Positions 1 to 8,522 are shown, counted from the stretch's first letter. The stretch: 64,000 bases of DNA from Betaproteobacteria bacterium (GCA_029864385.1 JAOTTL010000001.1:101-64100), one strand, 5' to 3'. Numbers and translations are program-made. Notes: generated from the letters alone by a model not told the origin.

Positions 1-1
1 C

Positions 2-1258
2 ATGGCGAAGAAAGACATCCCCGATTTCTGGCAGCTGATGAAGAAGGACGGCTACTTGCTCATTCCGGTGGCGGTCCTGATCACACGCCTCGTCATCGGC
101 CGCTCGCCGTTTGACGCCGCGCTTTGGGCCATCTGCCTTTCGATCTTCCTGAGCTTCTTCCGGGCGGACACGCGCCTCGTGGCGCTGCCGCCCCTGATCG
201 CGCGCTGGCTCAAGCTGCCCCACTGGGGAACGGGCCGCGACTGGGTCGCCGTGCGTGCCGACGAAGCCATGGCCGCCAAGATCCGCGCCGGCGGCAACAA
301 CGAAGAGGCCGAGGCGGCAGGCCAGGCGGTTCTGGCTGCCGAGGAGGGACCGCGCCAGAGCGTCCTGCGCGAGAACTGGATGCTGTGGCTGGCGGGCGTG
401 CTGTTCGCCGTGTTGAACGTGGCCGGCATGGGCGCGGGGCCGGCGCTCTTCTGGTCGCTGGCTGCCCTGTTCATCTTCTCTTCGCCCAAGATGATGGAGG
501 GCCTCGAGCGCGCGGCGATCAATTCGCTGGTCATCGGCGTCACGGCCGGCGTGATGGGAATCGTGCTCTCGGGCGTGTCCCTGCCGGGCATCGGGATGAA
601 GTTCTCCTCGGTGGTCGTGGGTTACTCGAAGATCTTCGTGGACGCCTTTGGCTGGTACGGCACCGAGCTGCCCATGGTCATCATCATGTCGGGCGCGGCG
701 AGCTACATCCTTGGCATGGGCATGACGATCACCGCCGCCTACGTCTTGCTTTCGCTTCTCGCGGTTCCTGCCCTCATGTCCCTCGGCGTGCCCGAGTTGA
801 ACGCGCACTTGATCGTGCTCTGGCAGACCCAGTACGCGTCGCTCACGCCCCCGTTCGCGCTGGGGGCGTTTGTCGCGGCCGGTATCGCGCAGTCGGACCC
901 CATGCGAACCGGATTCAGCTGCCTTCGAATGGCGTATCCGCTCTACGTCATTCCCTTCCTGATGGCGTACTCGCCCATCCTCATGGACGCGGGAGCGTCC
1001 TGGGGCAGCATCGGGCTGGTGTGGACGACGGGCTTCATGGGGCTCTATGCGATCTCCGCCGGGTTCGAGGGTTTCCTCAAGCAGAACTTGACGTGGCTCG
1101 AACGCATCAGCTTCATCATCGCGGGCGGGCTGCTCTACGTGCACTCGATCTGGCTCAACGCTGCCGGCGCCATTCTGATGGTGCTTGGCATCCTCTGGCA
1201 TATCAAGCTGAGTGTGTTTTTCAGAAGGGGCGCTCGCGCGCCGGCTTCCGGCCCCTAG
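2..1258 (+). CDS. TRAP transporter fused permease (4TM/12TM DctQM-type), C-terminal part; 5-prime end outside window
   Basis: 418-aa polytopic membrane ORF running from the window edge. DctM-like segments GMGMTITAAYVLLSLLAVPAL and LTPPFALGAFVAAGIAQSDP. The ATG at nt 2 is probably internal. Confidence 0.7.
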   Translation: MAKKDIPDFWQLMKKDGYLLIPVAVLITRLVIGRSPFDAALWAICLSIFLSFFRADTRLVALPPLIARWLKLPHWGTGRDWVAVRADEAMAAKIRAGGNNEEAEAAGQAVLAAEEGPRQSVLRENWMLWLAGVLFAVLNVAGMGAGPALFWSLAALFIFSSPKMMEGLERAAINSLVIGVTAGVMGIVLSGVSLPGIGMKFSSVVVGYSKIFVDAFGWYGTELPMVIIMSGAASYILGMGMTITAAYVLLSLLAVPALMSLGVPELNAHLIVLWQTQYASLTPPFALGAFVAAGIAQSDPMRTGFSCLRMAYPLYVIPFLMAYSPILMDAGASWGSIGLVWTTGFMGLYAISAGFEGFLKQNLTWLERISFIIAGGLLYVHSIWLNAAGAILMVLGILWHIKLSVFFRRGARAPASGP

Positions 1259-1263
1259 TTGTT

Positions 1264-1436
1264 CCAAAGGCGTGACGGGTGACGGGTGACGACGGACGGT
1301 TCAGTCCACTCACCATTCACCAGTCACGGAAATTGATGAACCGCCAAGACGCGAAGAGAAGCAAGGATCAAGACCGGTTATTGATCACCCGTCACCCGTC
1401 ACTCATCACCTCTTAAATTCTAGTCACACGTCACGC
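1264..1436. repeat. mosaic palindromic intergenic element (heptamer arms GTGACGG x3 / TCACCCG x2)
   Basis: GTGACGGGTGACGGGTGA (1272-1289) is the exact reverse complement of TCACCCGTCACCCGTCAC (1385-1402). The core is homologous to 12879..13005. Confidence 0.85.
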
Positions 1437-1482
1437 TGTACGAAGCCCTAACACAACCATACCCAAGCGGTCTGTCTCACCA

Positions 1483-3228
1483 ATGGATTTGATGAAAAGC
1501 GAAACGCGCGATGGCATGCGCATCGACTGGGATGCGCCGATCCCGATGGATGACGGCGTCGTGCTGCGCGCCGACGTCTTCCGCCCGCTGGGTGAGGGCA
1601 AGGTACCGGTGATCATCAGTTACGGGCCGTACGCGAAGGGACTGGCGTTCCAGGAGGGCTTCAAAAGCGCCTGGGTGCGCATGACGACGAGTTATCCCGA
1701 GACGGCAGAAGGCTCCTCCAATAAATATCAGAACTGGGAGCTCGTCGATCCGGAGAAATGGGTGCCCTGGGGCTACGCCTGCGTGCGCGTCGATTCGCGC
1801 GGCGTCGGCCGCTCGCCCGGCTTTCTTGATCCGCTCTCGCCGCGTGAGGCGCAGGACTTCTACCACTGCGTCGAATGGGCCGGCACGCAGCCGTGGAGCA
1901 ACGGCAAGGTCGGGATCAGTGGCATCTCCTATTACGCGCAGACGGGCTGGCTCGTGGGCCCGCTGCGTCCGCCCCACCTTGCGGCATTGTGCGCGTGGGA
2001 GGGGGAGTGCGATTACTACCGCGAGTGGTCGCGTCACGGGGGCATCCTGTGCGGCTTCGCCGAGAGCTGGTACCGGCGCCAGGTGGTGAGCGTGCAGCAC
2101 GGCGTCGGCGAGCGCGGCCCGCGCAGCCGCGTCACCGGCGAGCCGGTGGCGGGACCCGAAACGCTGCCGGAAGAAGAGCTTCGCAAGAACCGGGTCGATC
2201 ACGCCGGCGATTTGCTCCGCCACCCGCTGATCGACGACTACTATCGCCCGCGCCTGCCGGCGCTGGAGAAGATGACCGCGCCACTGCTCTCCGCGGCGAA
2301 CTGGGGCGGGCAGGGGCTGCATCCGCGCGGCAACTACGAAGGCTGGCTGCGCGCCGGCAGCAAGCAGAAATGGCTGGAAGTGCACGGCGACACCCACTTC
2401 TCGCACTTCTACACCCACTACGGGCAGGGGCTGCAAAAAAAGTTCTTCGACTATTTTCTCAAAGGCGAAAAGAACGGCTGGGACAAGCAGCCGCGCGTCT
2501 CGCTCAACATCCGCCATCCCGGTGAGAAATTCGCGCCGCGCGGCGAGAACGAGTGGCCGCTTGCGCGCACGCAGTGGACGAAGTACTACCTCCACGCGGA
2601 TGGCCATGGCCTCTCGACCAGGAAGCCCGAGGGCGAGACGACGATCGTCTACGAGACGAGCGGTGACGGCGTGACGTTCCTCACCGCGCCCTTGAAGGAG
2701 GAGATCGAGATTACCGGCCCGGTGGCCGCGAAGCTTCGGGTGTCCTCGGACACGACCGATGCCGACCTCTTTCTCGTGCTGCGCGTGTTCGACCCGGCCG
2801 GCAAGGAGCTCGTCTTTCTCGGCTCCAACGACCCGCGCACGCCGATCGGCCTGGGCTGGCTTCGCGCCTCGCACCGCAAGCTCGATCCGGAAAAGACGCT
2901 GCCCTACCGGCCCTATCACACGCACGACGAAGAGCAGCCGCTCACACCCGGCGTAGCGGTGGAGCTCGACGTCGAGATCTGGCCGACCTGCATCGTGGTG
3001 CCCCCGGGCTACCGCATCGGCCTCTCCGTGCGCGGCAAGGACTACGAATTCGACGGCCCGCCCATGGAGATTCCGCACGCGCCGTATCCGATGCGCGGCG
3101 TTGGCCCCTTCACGCACCAGCATCCCGAGGATCGTCCGCCGGCGATTTTCGGGGGCAAGAACACGCTGCATTTCGGCGGGGGCGACAAGGCGCCGCATGT
3201 GCTGCTGCCCGTTATTCCCAAGGCGTGA
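1483..3228 (+). CDS. CocE/NonD family hydrolase (S15 X-Pro dipeptidyl-peptidase-like)
   Basis: 581-aa ORF with nucleophile elbow GISGISYYAQTGW (GxSYxG) and a long C-terminal beta-sandwich-like region. The TGA stop (3226-3228) lies inside the first GTGATGG repeat unit. Confidence 0.8.
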   Translation: MDLMKSETRDGMRIDWDAPIPMDDGVVLRADVFRPLGEGKVPVIISYGPYAKGLAFQEGFKSAWVRMTTSYPETAEGSSNKYQNWELVDPEKWVPWGYACVRVDSRGVGRSPGFLDPLSPREAQDFYHCVEWAGTQPWSNGKVGISGISYYAQTGWLVGPLRPPHLAALCAWEGECDYYREWSRHGGILCGFAESWYRRQVVSVQHGVGERGPRSRVTGEPVAGPETLPEEELRKNRVDHAGDLLRHPLIDDYYRPRLPALEKMTAPLLSAANWGGQGLHPRGNYEGWLRAGSKQKWLEVHGDTHFSHFYTHYGQGLQKKFFDYFLKGEKNGWDKQPRVSLNIRHPGEKFAPRGENEWPLARTQWTKYYLHADGHGLSTRKPEGETTIVYETSGDGVTFLTAPLKEEIEITGPVAAKLRVSSDTTDADLFLVLRVFDPAGKELVFLGSNDPRTPIGLGWLRASHRKLDPEKTLPYRPYHTHDEEQPLTPGVAVELDVEIWPTCIVVPPGYRIGLSVRGKDYEFDGPPMEIPHAPYPMRGVGPFTHQHPEDRPPAIFGGKNTLHFGGGDKAPHVLLPVIPKA

Positions 3229-3322
3229 TGGGTGATGGGTGATGAGTGACGGGTGACGCGTTAGGCTAGGGTAGAATCAACTTGAGCCGTTCACCGTTCA
3301 CCGTTCACCGGTCACGAATCAC
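3225..3322. repeat. mosaic intergenic element (GTGATGG/GTGACGG left, CCGTTCA x3 and GTCACGAATCAC right)
   Basis: Tandem 7-nt units are read directly from the sequence. Confidence 0.8.
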
Positions 3323-3365
3323 AAGAAGTTGGGCGTTTGGCTGCGGCTAATTGATCCTCGCGGTT

Positions 3366-4226
3366 ATGGATACGGAATTCTGGGTCATACAGGTCTTCAA
3401 CGGGATTTCGTACGGCGCGCTGCTGTTCCTGCTGGCGGGCGGGCTCTCGCTCATCTTCGGCGTCATGCGCATCGTCAATCTTTCGCATGGCTCGTACTTC
3501 ATGCTGGGCGGCTATGTCGCGCTGACGGTGATCTGGACGACGGATTCGTGGGTGCTCGCCATTCCCGTGGCTGCACTGACGATCGCCGTGGTGGGCCTGA
3601 TCATGGAGCGGGTGTTCCTGCGGCCGCTGGGATTCGATCCTCTGCGGCAGGTGCTGCTGACGGTCGGCTTCGCGTTCCTGTTCCAGCAGGGTGCGCTCGA
3701 CATCTGGGGCGGAGACAACCTCGACATCTCGCCGCCCGACATATTGAAGGTGAGCGTGGTGTTGGCAGGGATCTACTTCCCGCTGTACCGCGTGTTCATG
3801 ATCGGCGTGGCCGTGGCGATCGGTGTAACGATCTGGCTCACCATGGAAAAGACGCGCATGGGCGCGATGGTGCGCGCCGCGGTGGATGATTCCGAGATGG
3901 CGCGCGGCGTCGGCGTCGACACCTCGCGCGTGTCGATGTTCATCTTCGCCTTGGGCGCATTCCTCGCCGCGCTGGGAGGCGTGATCGGAGGCGCGTTTCT
4001 GGGCGTCTACCCGGGGCTGGATTTCGAGATCCTGCCGATCGCGTTTGCCGTGGTGATCATCGGCGGCATGGGCAGTCTCGGCGGCGCCGCTGTGGGCAGC
4101 CTCATCGTCGGGCTGGCCGACAACTTTGGCAAAGCGCTCTTTCCGGAGATCTCCTACTTCACTCTGTACGCCCCGATGGTGCTGATCCTGGCGCTGAAAC
4201 CGACGGGCCTGTTTGGGCGCGAGTGA
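3366..4226 (+). CDS. branched-chain amino acid ABC transporter permease (LivH-like)
   Basis: Polytopic ORF in track 3351..4226. ATG at 3366 (MDTEFWVIQVFNGISYGALLFLLAGGLSLIFGVM) is a typical LivH N-terminus. First gene of a 5-gene liv-type cluster. Confidence 0.85.
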   Translation: MDTEFWVIQVFNGISYGALLFLLAGGLSLIFGVMRIVNLSHGSYFMLGGYVALTVIWTTDSWVLAIPVAALTIAVVGLIMERVFLRPLGFDPLRQVLLTVGFAFLFQQGALDIWGGDNLDISPPDILKVSVVLAGIYFPLYRVFMIGVAVAIGVTIWLTMEKTRMGAMVRAAVDDSEMARGVGVDTSRVSMFIFALGAFLAALGGVIGGAFLGVYPGLDFEILPIAFAVVIIGGMGSLGGAAVGSLIVGLADNFGKALFPEISYFTLYAPMVLILALKPTGLFGRE

Positions 4227-4236
4227 GGCGGCTGCC

Positions 4237-5226
4237 ATGAGCGAGAGAGGCAAGATCGTCATCGTCATCGCGGTGTTGGCCGCTCTGCTGGTCGCGACGC
4301 CGTTCGCAAACTCGTTCGTGGTCCTCCTGGTCACGCAGGCGCTGGTGTTCGCCATTCTTGCGATGAGCCTGGATATCCTGCTCGGCTTTACGGGACTGCC
4401 GTCGCTGGGTCAGGCCGCCTACCTGGGCGTGGGTGCGTACCTCACGGCGATCCTCGCGAGCCAGTACGAGTTCGGGCTGGGCTCGAGCTTCTGGGTCGTC
4501 ATCGTGCTCGGCTTCGTGATCGGCGCCGTCACCGCGGCTTTCTTCGGGCTGTTCGCAATCCGCGCGACGGGAGTCTATTTTCTCATGATCACGCTCGCGC
4601 TCGGCCAGTGCGTGTGGGGGCTCGCGTATCGCTGGAACTTGCTCACGGGCGGCGACAACGGGATCAACATGCCCGGCCGTCCCGAATTCGGAATCGATCT
4701 CGCGGACGACTTGACCTTTTTCTATTTGGTGTTCGGTTTTTTCGTGGCGTCGCTGGCGATCCTCTACCTGTTGGTAAAATCTCCCTTCGGGCGCAGCCTG
4801 GTCGGAATCCGCGAGAGCGAGCTGCGCATGCGCATCCTTGGCTACAACACGTGGCTGCACAAGTACATCGCGTTCATCATCGCCGGCGGCTTCGGCGGGC
4901 TCGCGGGCGTGCTGTGGGCGTTCCTGAACGGGCTGGTGAGTCCCGAGGACGTCATCCTGACCACCTCGGTCGACGCGCTGCTCATGGTGGTTCTCGGCGG
5001 GCCGGGCACGCTCGTCGGCGCGGCGATCGGCGCGGGCGTGGTGGTCTTTCTGCGCGAGTATCTCAGCACGCTGGTGTCGTGGTGGCAGTACGCGCTGGGC
5101 GGCGTTTACGTGCTGACGATCCTGTATCTCCCGGGCGGCCTGATGGGCATTCCGGAGCGAATTCGCCAGCGCCGCGCGCCGTCGGCGGCCGCTGAGGGAG
5201 CAAAAGTAGTTTCCGCGTCTCAATAG
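4237..5226 (+). CDS. branched-chain amino acid ABC transporter permease (LivM-like)
   Basis: ORF 4213..5226. ATG at 4237 preceded by GAGG. LivM-like membrane protein (LDILLGFTGLPSLGQAAYLGVGAY) starting a few nt after the LivH-like stop. Confidence 0.85.
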   Translation: MSERGKIVIVIAVLAALLVATPFANSFVVLLVTQALVFAILAMSLDILLGFTGLPSLGQAAYLGVGAYLTAILASQYEFGLGSSFWVVIVLGFVIGAVTAAFFGLFAIRATGVYFLMITLALGQCVWGLAYRWNLLTGGDNGINMPGRPEFGIDLADDLTFFYLVFGFFVASLAILYLLVKSPFGRSLVGIRESELRMRILGYNTWLHKYIAFIIAGGFGGLAGVLWAFLNGLVSPEDVILTTSVDALLMVVLGGPGTLVGAAIGAGVVVFLREYLSTLVSWWQYALGGVYVLTILYLPGGLMGIPERIRQRRAPSAAAEGAKVVSASQ

Positions 5227-5246
5227 TAACGAAAGGAGGGGCTGTT

Positions 5247-6515
5247 ATGTTACGCAAACTCAAAACGGGGCTTACTTGGTGGATCCCGCTGGGCGTCGCC
5301 GCGCTCGGCATCGGCTTGGCCTCTGGGCCGGCCGGCGCCGCGGAGGAACTTCGCATCGGGTTCGTCGCGCCGATGACGGGGATCTTCGCCCAGATCGGCA
5401 AGGACATGAGCAACGGATTCCAGATGTACGTGGACGAGGTCGGCGGTAATTTCGCCGGCGCCAAGGTGAAGTTCATTCTTGAAGACGGCCAGGGCAAGCC
5501 GCCGATCAACGTCCGCAAGGCTGAAAAGCTCGTCCGCCAGGACAACGTGCAGATGTTCATCGGCGGGCTGCTCGCCTCGACCGGCTACGCGTTGGCGCCC
5601 GTGAGCACGCGGCTGAAGACGGTCTACATTCCTTCCATCGCGGCGGCGGACGATCTCACGCAGCGCGAGGCGTCCAAGTATCCGTACGTGGTGCGCACCG
5701 GCTGGACCAGTTCCCAGCCCAATCACCCGTTCGGTGCGTGGGCCTGCGAGCAGGGCTACAAGAAGGTCGTGACGGTTGGCGCCGACTACGCTTTCGGCTA
5801 CGAGGTCATCGGCGGATTCCAGAAGACCTTCGAGGACTGCGGGGGCAAGGTCATCCAGAAGATCTGGCCGCCGCTGGGAACGAAGGACTTCGGACCGTTC
5901 ATCCCAACCATCAAGGATGACGCTGACGCAATCTTCACGCTCATGGTTGGGCCGATGTCGCTGCAGTTCCCGAAGCAGCTCGCCGCCGCAGGGATTAAGA
6001 AGCCGGTGCTGGGCGGGGGAACGAGCTACGACGAGTTCGTGCTGCCGTCGATGGGGGACGAAGTGATAGGCCACGTCTCGGCGCTGCAGTACAGCGCGGC
6101 GCTCGACACTCCGAGGAACGCGGCGTTCGTGAAGAAGTACCGCGAGAAATACGGCAAGGTGCCGTCGTACTACTCGGAGAGCAACTACACCACTGCGCAG
6201 ATGATCCACGAGGTCATGAAGAAGACGGGCGGCAAGTGGCCGGGCGCGGAGAAGTTCGTCGAGCTGCTCGCGAGCGTCCAGCTCGACAGCGTGCGCGGCC
6301 CGGTGCGCCTGGACGAGATGCGCAACCCGGTGCACAACATCTACATCCGCAAGGTCGAGAAGAAGAAGATGCACGGCTACGGCGAGGACGAGCTCTGGAA
6401 CACGGTCATCAAGACCTACCCCAACGTGAGCCAGTTCTGGACGTACAAGAAGGCCGACTTCCTCAAGCAGCCGGTCTATAGCCGCACGTTCCCGCCGTGT
6501 AAGTACTGCGAGTAA
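5247..6515 (+). CDS. ABC transporter substrate-binding protein (LivK/type I periplasmic binding protein family)
   Basis: 422-aa ORF with strong RBS AAAGGAGGGG. Signal peptide (LTWWIPLGVAALGIGLASGPAGA), then LRIGFVAPMTGIFAQIGKD, typical of Leu/Ile/Val-binding family proteins. Confidence 0.85.
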   Translation: MLRKLKTGLTWWIPLGVAALGIGLASGPAGAAEELRIGFVAPMTGIFAQIGKDMSNGFQMYVDEVGGNFAGAKVKFILEDGQGKPPINVRKAEKLVRQDNVQMFIGGLLASTGYALAPVSTRLKTVYIPSIAAADDLTQREASKYPYVVRTGWTSSQPNHPFGAWACEQGYKKVVTVGADYAFGYEVIGGFQKTFEDCGGKVIQKIWPPLGTKDFGPFIPTIKDDADAIFTLMVGPMSLQFPKQLAAAGIKKPVLGGGTSYDEFVLPSMGDEVIGHVSALQYSAALDTPRNAAFVKKYREKYGKVPSYYSESNYTTAQMIHEVMKKTGGKWPGAEKFVELLASVQLDSVRGPVRLDEMRNPVHNIYIRKVEKKKMHGYGEDELWNTVIKTYPNVSQFWTYKKADFLKQPVYSRTFPPCKYCE

Positions 6516-6590
6516 CGCGTTCTCGGCTGCCGGGCGACGCCGCCATTCTTGATGCGCGGCGTCCGCCCGCTTGATTGTTAAAGAGCGTGG

Positions 6591-6800
6591 CTAGTGACTG
6601 GTGACTAGTGCTGAAGAAGTGACGGGTGACGGGTGATGCGTGACGGGGCCTAACCCTGGTGATGGGTGATGGGTGATGGGTGATGGGTGATGCGTAACTG
6701 CTCTTGATTCTTGCTGTTCTTGGCGTCTTGGCGGTTCAATGTTGGAGCTTATCGGCGTATATCGGCGTCCATCGGCGGCTAATTCTGGTCCTGGATTTTT
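6591..6800. repeat. large mosaic element inside the liv cluster (GTGACTGGTGACTAGTG module, GTGACGG x2, GTGATGG x5, CTTGGCG module)
   Basis: Modules recur at 13901-14179, 29840-29876 and 47172-47196 (the last in inverted orientation). Confidence 0.85.
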
Positions 6801-6811
6801 GGGGTGGTACA

Positions 6812-7588
6812 TTGAACTCAAGCGTGACCAAGCCGCAACCTGACGCACAGCCGGTGCTGGAGCTGCGGAGCCTGTCGAAGAGCTTCGGCGGCCTTCATGC
6901 AGTGCAGAATGTGAGCCTCAAAGTCTTTCCGGGCGACCGCAAGGCCATCATCGGGCCGAACGGCGCGGGGAAGACGACGCTGTTCAACGTCATCACGGGC
7001 ACCCTGCCGGCAACGTCGGGGCAGGCCGTGCTCTTCGGAGCGGACGTGACCAACTGGCCGAGCCACCGGCGCACTGCCATGGGCATGGCGCGGACGTTCC
7101 AGGTCACGAATCTGTTTCCGAAGCTCACGGTGCTCGACAATATCCTGCTCGCGATCCAGGGCGTGCGCGCCATGAAGTTCGTGCTGTGGCGCCCGCTCTC
7201 CTCCTACCGGGACGTGCACGAGAAGGCGCGCGGCCTGCTGGAAGGCGCCGGCTACTGGGACCGCCGCGACGTGGAGGTGCGCAACCTTTCTCACGGCGAG
7301 CAGCGCCAGATCGAGATCGTGCTGGGGCTCGCGAGCGACCCGAAGATCCTGCTCCTCGACGAGCCCGCAGCGGGGCTAGCCTCGGGCGAGTCGCGCGAGA
7401 TGGCGACCTTCCTGAAGCGCCTCGACCCGACGCTCGCCATCCTGCTCATCGAGCACGACATGGACGTCGTCTTCGACGTGGTCGATCACATCTCGGTGCT
7501 GCACTTCGGCGAGGTGGTGGAGGAGGGCCCGACCGACGCGGTCCGCCGCAGCGCCAAGGTGCAGGAAATCTACCTCGGGACGGGCTAA
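6812..7588 (+). CDS. ABC transporter ATP-binding protein (LivG-like)
   Basis: Walker A GPNGAGKTT, signature LSHGEQRQ, Walker B LLLDEPAAG. The track ORF starts at 6704 but its first ~36 codons read through intergenic repeats. TTG 6812 (or GTG 6824) follows a GGGGTGG Shine-Dalgarno-like site. Confidence 0.8.
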   Translation: MNSSVTKPQPDAQPVLELRSLSKSFGGLHAVQNVSLKVFPGDRKAIIGPNGAGKTTLFNVITGTLPATSGQAVLFGADVTNWPSHRRTAMGMARTFQVTNLFPKLTVLDNILLAIQGVRAMKFVLWRPLSSYRDVHEKARGLLEGAGYWDRRDVEVRNLSHGEQRQIEIVLGLASDPKILLLDEPAAGLASGESREMATFLKRLDPTLAILLIEHDMDVVFDVVDHISVLHFGEVVEEGPTDAVRRSAKVQEIYLGTG

Positions 7589-7632
7589 TTGAGAGCACCT
7601 AACGTAATGAAACTCACGCTGTAGGGGCTCTC

Positions 7633-8334
7633 ATGGCGATGCTCGACGTCGAGGACATTCACACCTACTACGGCGACGCCTACGTCCTGCAGGGGCTGTC
7701 GTTGAAGCTCGAGCAGGGACAGATACTCGGGCTGCTCGGACGCAACGGCGTCGGCAAGACGACGCTCGTCAAGTCCATCGTCGGCTTCAATCCGCCGCGC
7801 CGCGGCCGCATTCTCTTCAAGGGCGTGGATATCACGCACGTCTCGTCGTTCGAAACGGTGAGGGGCGGGTTGGGCCTCGTGCCGCAGGGCCGGCGCGTGT
7901 TCCCGACGCTGAGCGTGGAGGAGAACCTGCGGGTCGCAGAGCGTGGCATCGAGCGCCACGGCTGGAATGCGGAGCGTGTTTACGCGCTGTTTCCGCGGCT
8001 GAAGGAGCGGCGCACCCAGCGCGCGAAGACGCTCTCGGGCGGCGAGCAGCAGATGCTCGCCATCGGCCGCGCGCTCATGACCAATCCCGACTGCCTCATC
8101 ATGGACGAGCCCTCCGAAGGCCTCGCGCCCATCATCATCCAGGGCGTGTGGGAGGCAGTCAGCAAGCTGAAGGAGCAGGGGCTTTCCATCCTGCTCGTCG
8201 AGCAGAATACGGCGCTCGCGCTGAAGCTCGTCGACCACGTGCACGTCATGAGCAAAGGCCGCGTCGTCTACTCCGCGAGCCCGCAGGAGCTCTGGGCGAA
8301 TGAGGAAGTGAAGGCGAGCTATCTCGGCATCTGA
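7633..8334 (+). CDS. ABC transporter ATP-binding protein (LivF-like)
   Basis: Walker A GRNGVGKTT, signature LSGGEQQM, Walker B LIMDEPSEGL. 233 aa, typical LivF size. Confidence 0.9.
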   Translation: MAMLDVEDIHTYYGDAYVLQGLSLKLEQGQILGLLGRNGVGKTTLVKSIVGFNPPRRGRILFKGVDITHVSSFETVRGGLGLVPQGRRVFPTLSVEENLRVAERGIERHGWNAERVYALFPRLKERRTQRAKTLSGGEQQMLAIGRALMTNPDCLIMDEPSEGLAPIIIQGVWEAVSKLKEQGLSILLVEQNTALALKLVDHVHVMSKGRVVYSASPQELWANEEVKASYLGI

Positions 8335-8340
8335 TTTACG

Positions 8341-8368
8341 GTGACGAGTGACGAGCGACGGGTGATGG
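8341..8368 (+). repeat. short heptamer array GTGACGA GTGACGA GCGACGG GTGATGG
   Basis: Read directly. Lies 7 nt after the LivF-like stop. Confidence 0.7.
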
Positions 8369-8522
8369 AAGAGCTGCCGAGGGGTCTGACCCCTTAGCGC
8401 GGTCCATTCATCATTCGCGATGCACAGTCCTTGAGTCACGCTGTCCCAGCTGCCCGGCTCGGTTTGAGCACTAACCCCCCCTCGCCTTCGACCCCGACTC
8501 GCTGATACGATTTCCGGCGCGT

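Noticed and set aside
2-4. ATG at nt 2 as the true start of the first gene.
   Set aside because: TRAP fused permeases are much longer than 418 aa and the ORF is open to the window edge, so it is treated as 5-prime partial.
124-1275. 383-aa alternative-frame ORF inside the TRAP permease gene ending ..VVPKA, like the CocE C-terminus.
   Set aside because: It is Arg/Gly-rich shadow translation. The shared PKA-stop ending arises only because both frames run into the same CCAAGGCGTGA repeat edge.
1477-3198. 573-aa ORF on the minus strand, antisense to the CocE/NonD gene.
   Set aside because: It is Arg/Ala/Gly/Pro-rich low-complexity translation, fully overlapped by a gene with clear family motifs. 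This is a typical shadow ORF of high-GC DNA. The same reasoning applies to 3312..4355, 4159..5223, 5250..6374, 8436..9380, 25152..26591, 26609..27709, 28402..29259, 49331..50050, 50287..51090, 56789..57763, 60522..61646 and similar track entries.
6591-6848. ORFs translating the heptamer arrays into peptide repeats (THHPSPITHHPSP at 6591..6848 and 20598..20783; SSLVTRHSSLVTRH at 29743).
   Set aside because: The periodic peptides come from reading the stop-free strand of 7-nt tandem repeats. There is no RBS or family resemblance, and the arrays recur in non-coding contexts in both orientations.
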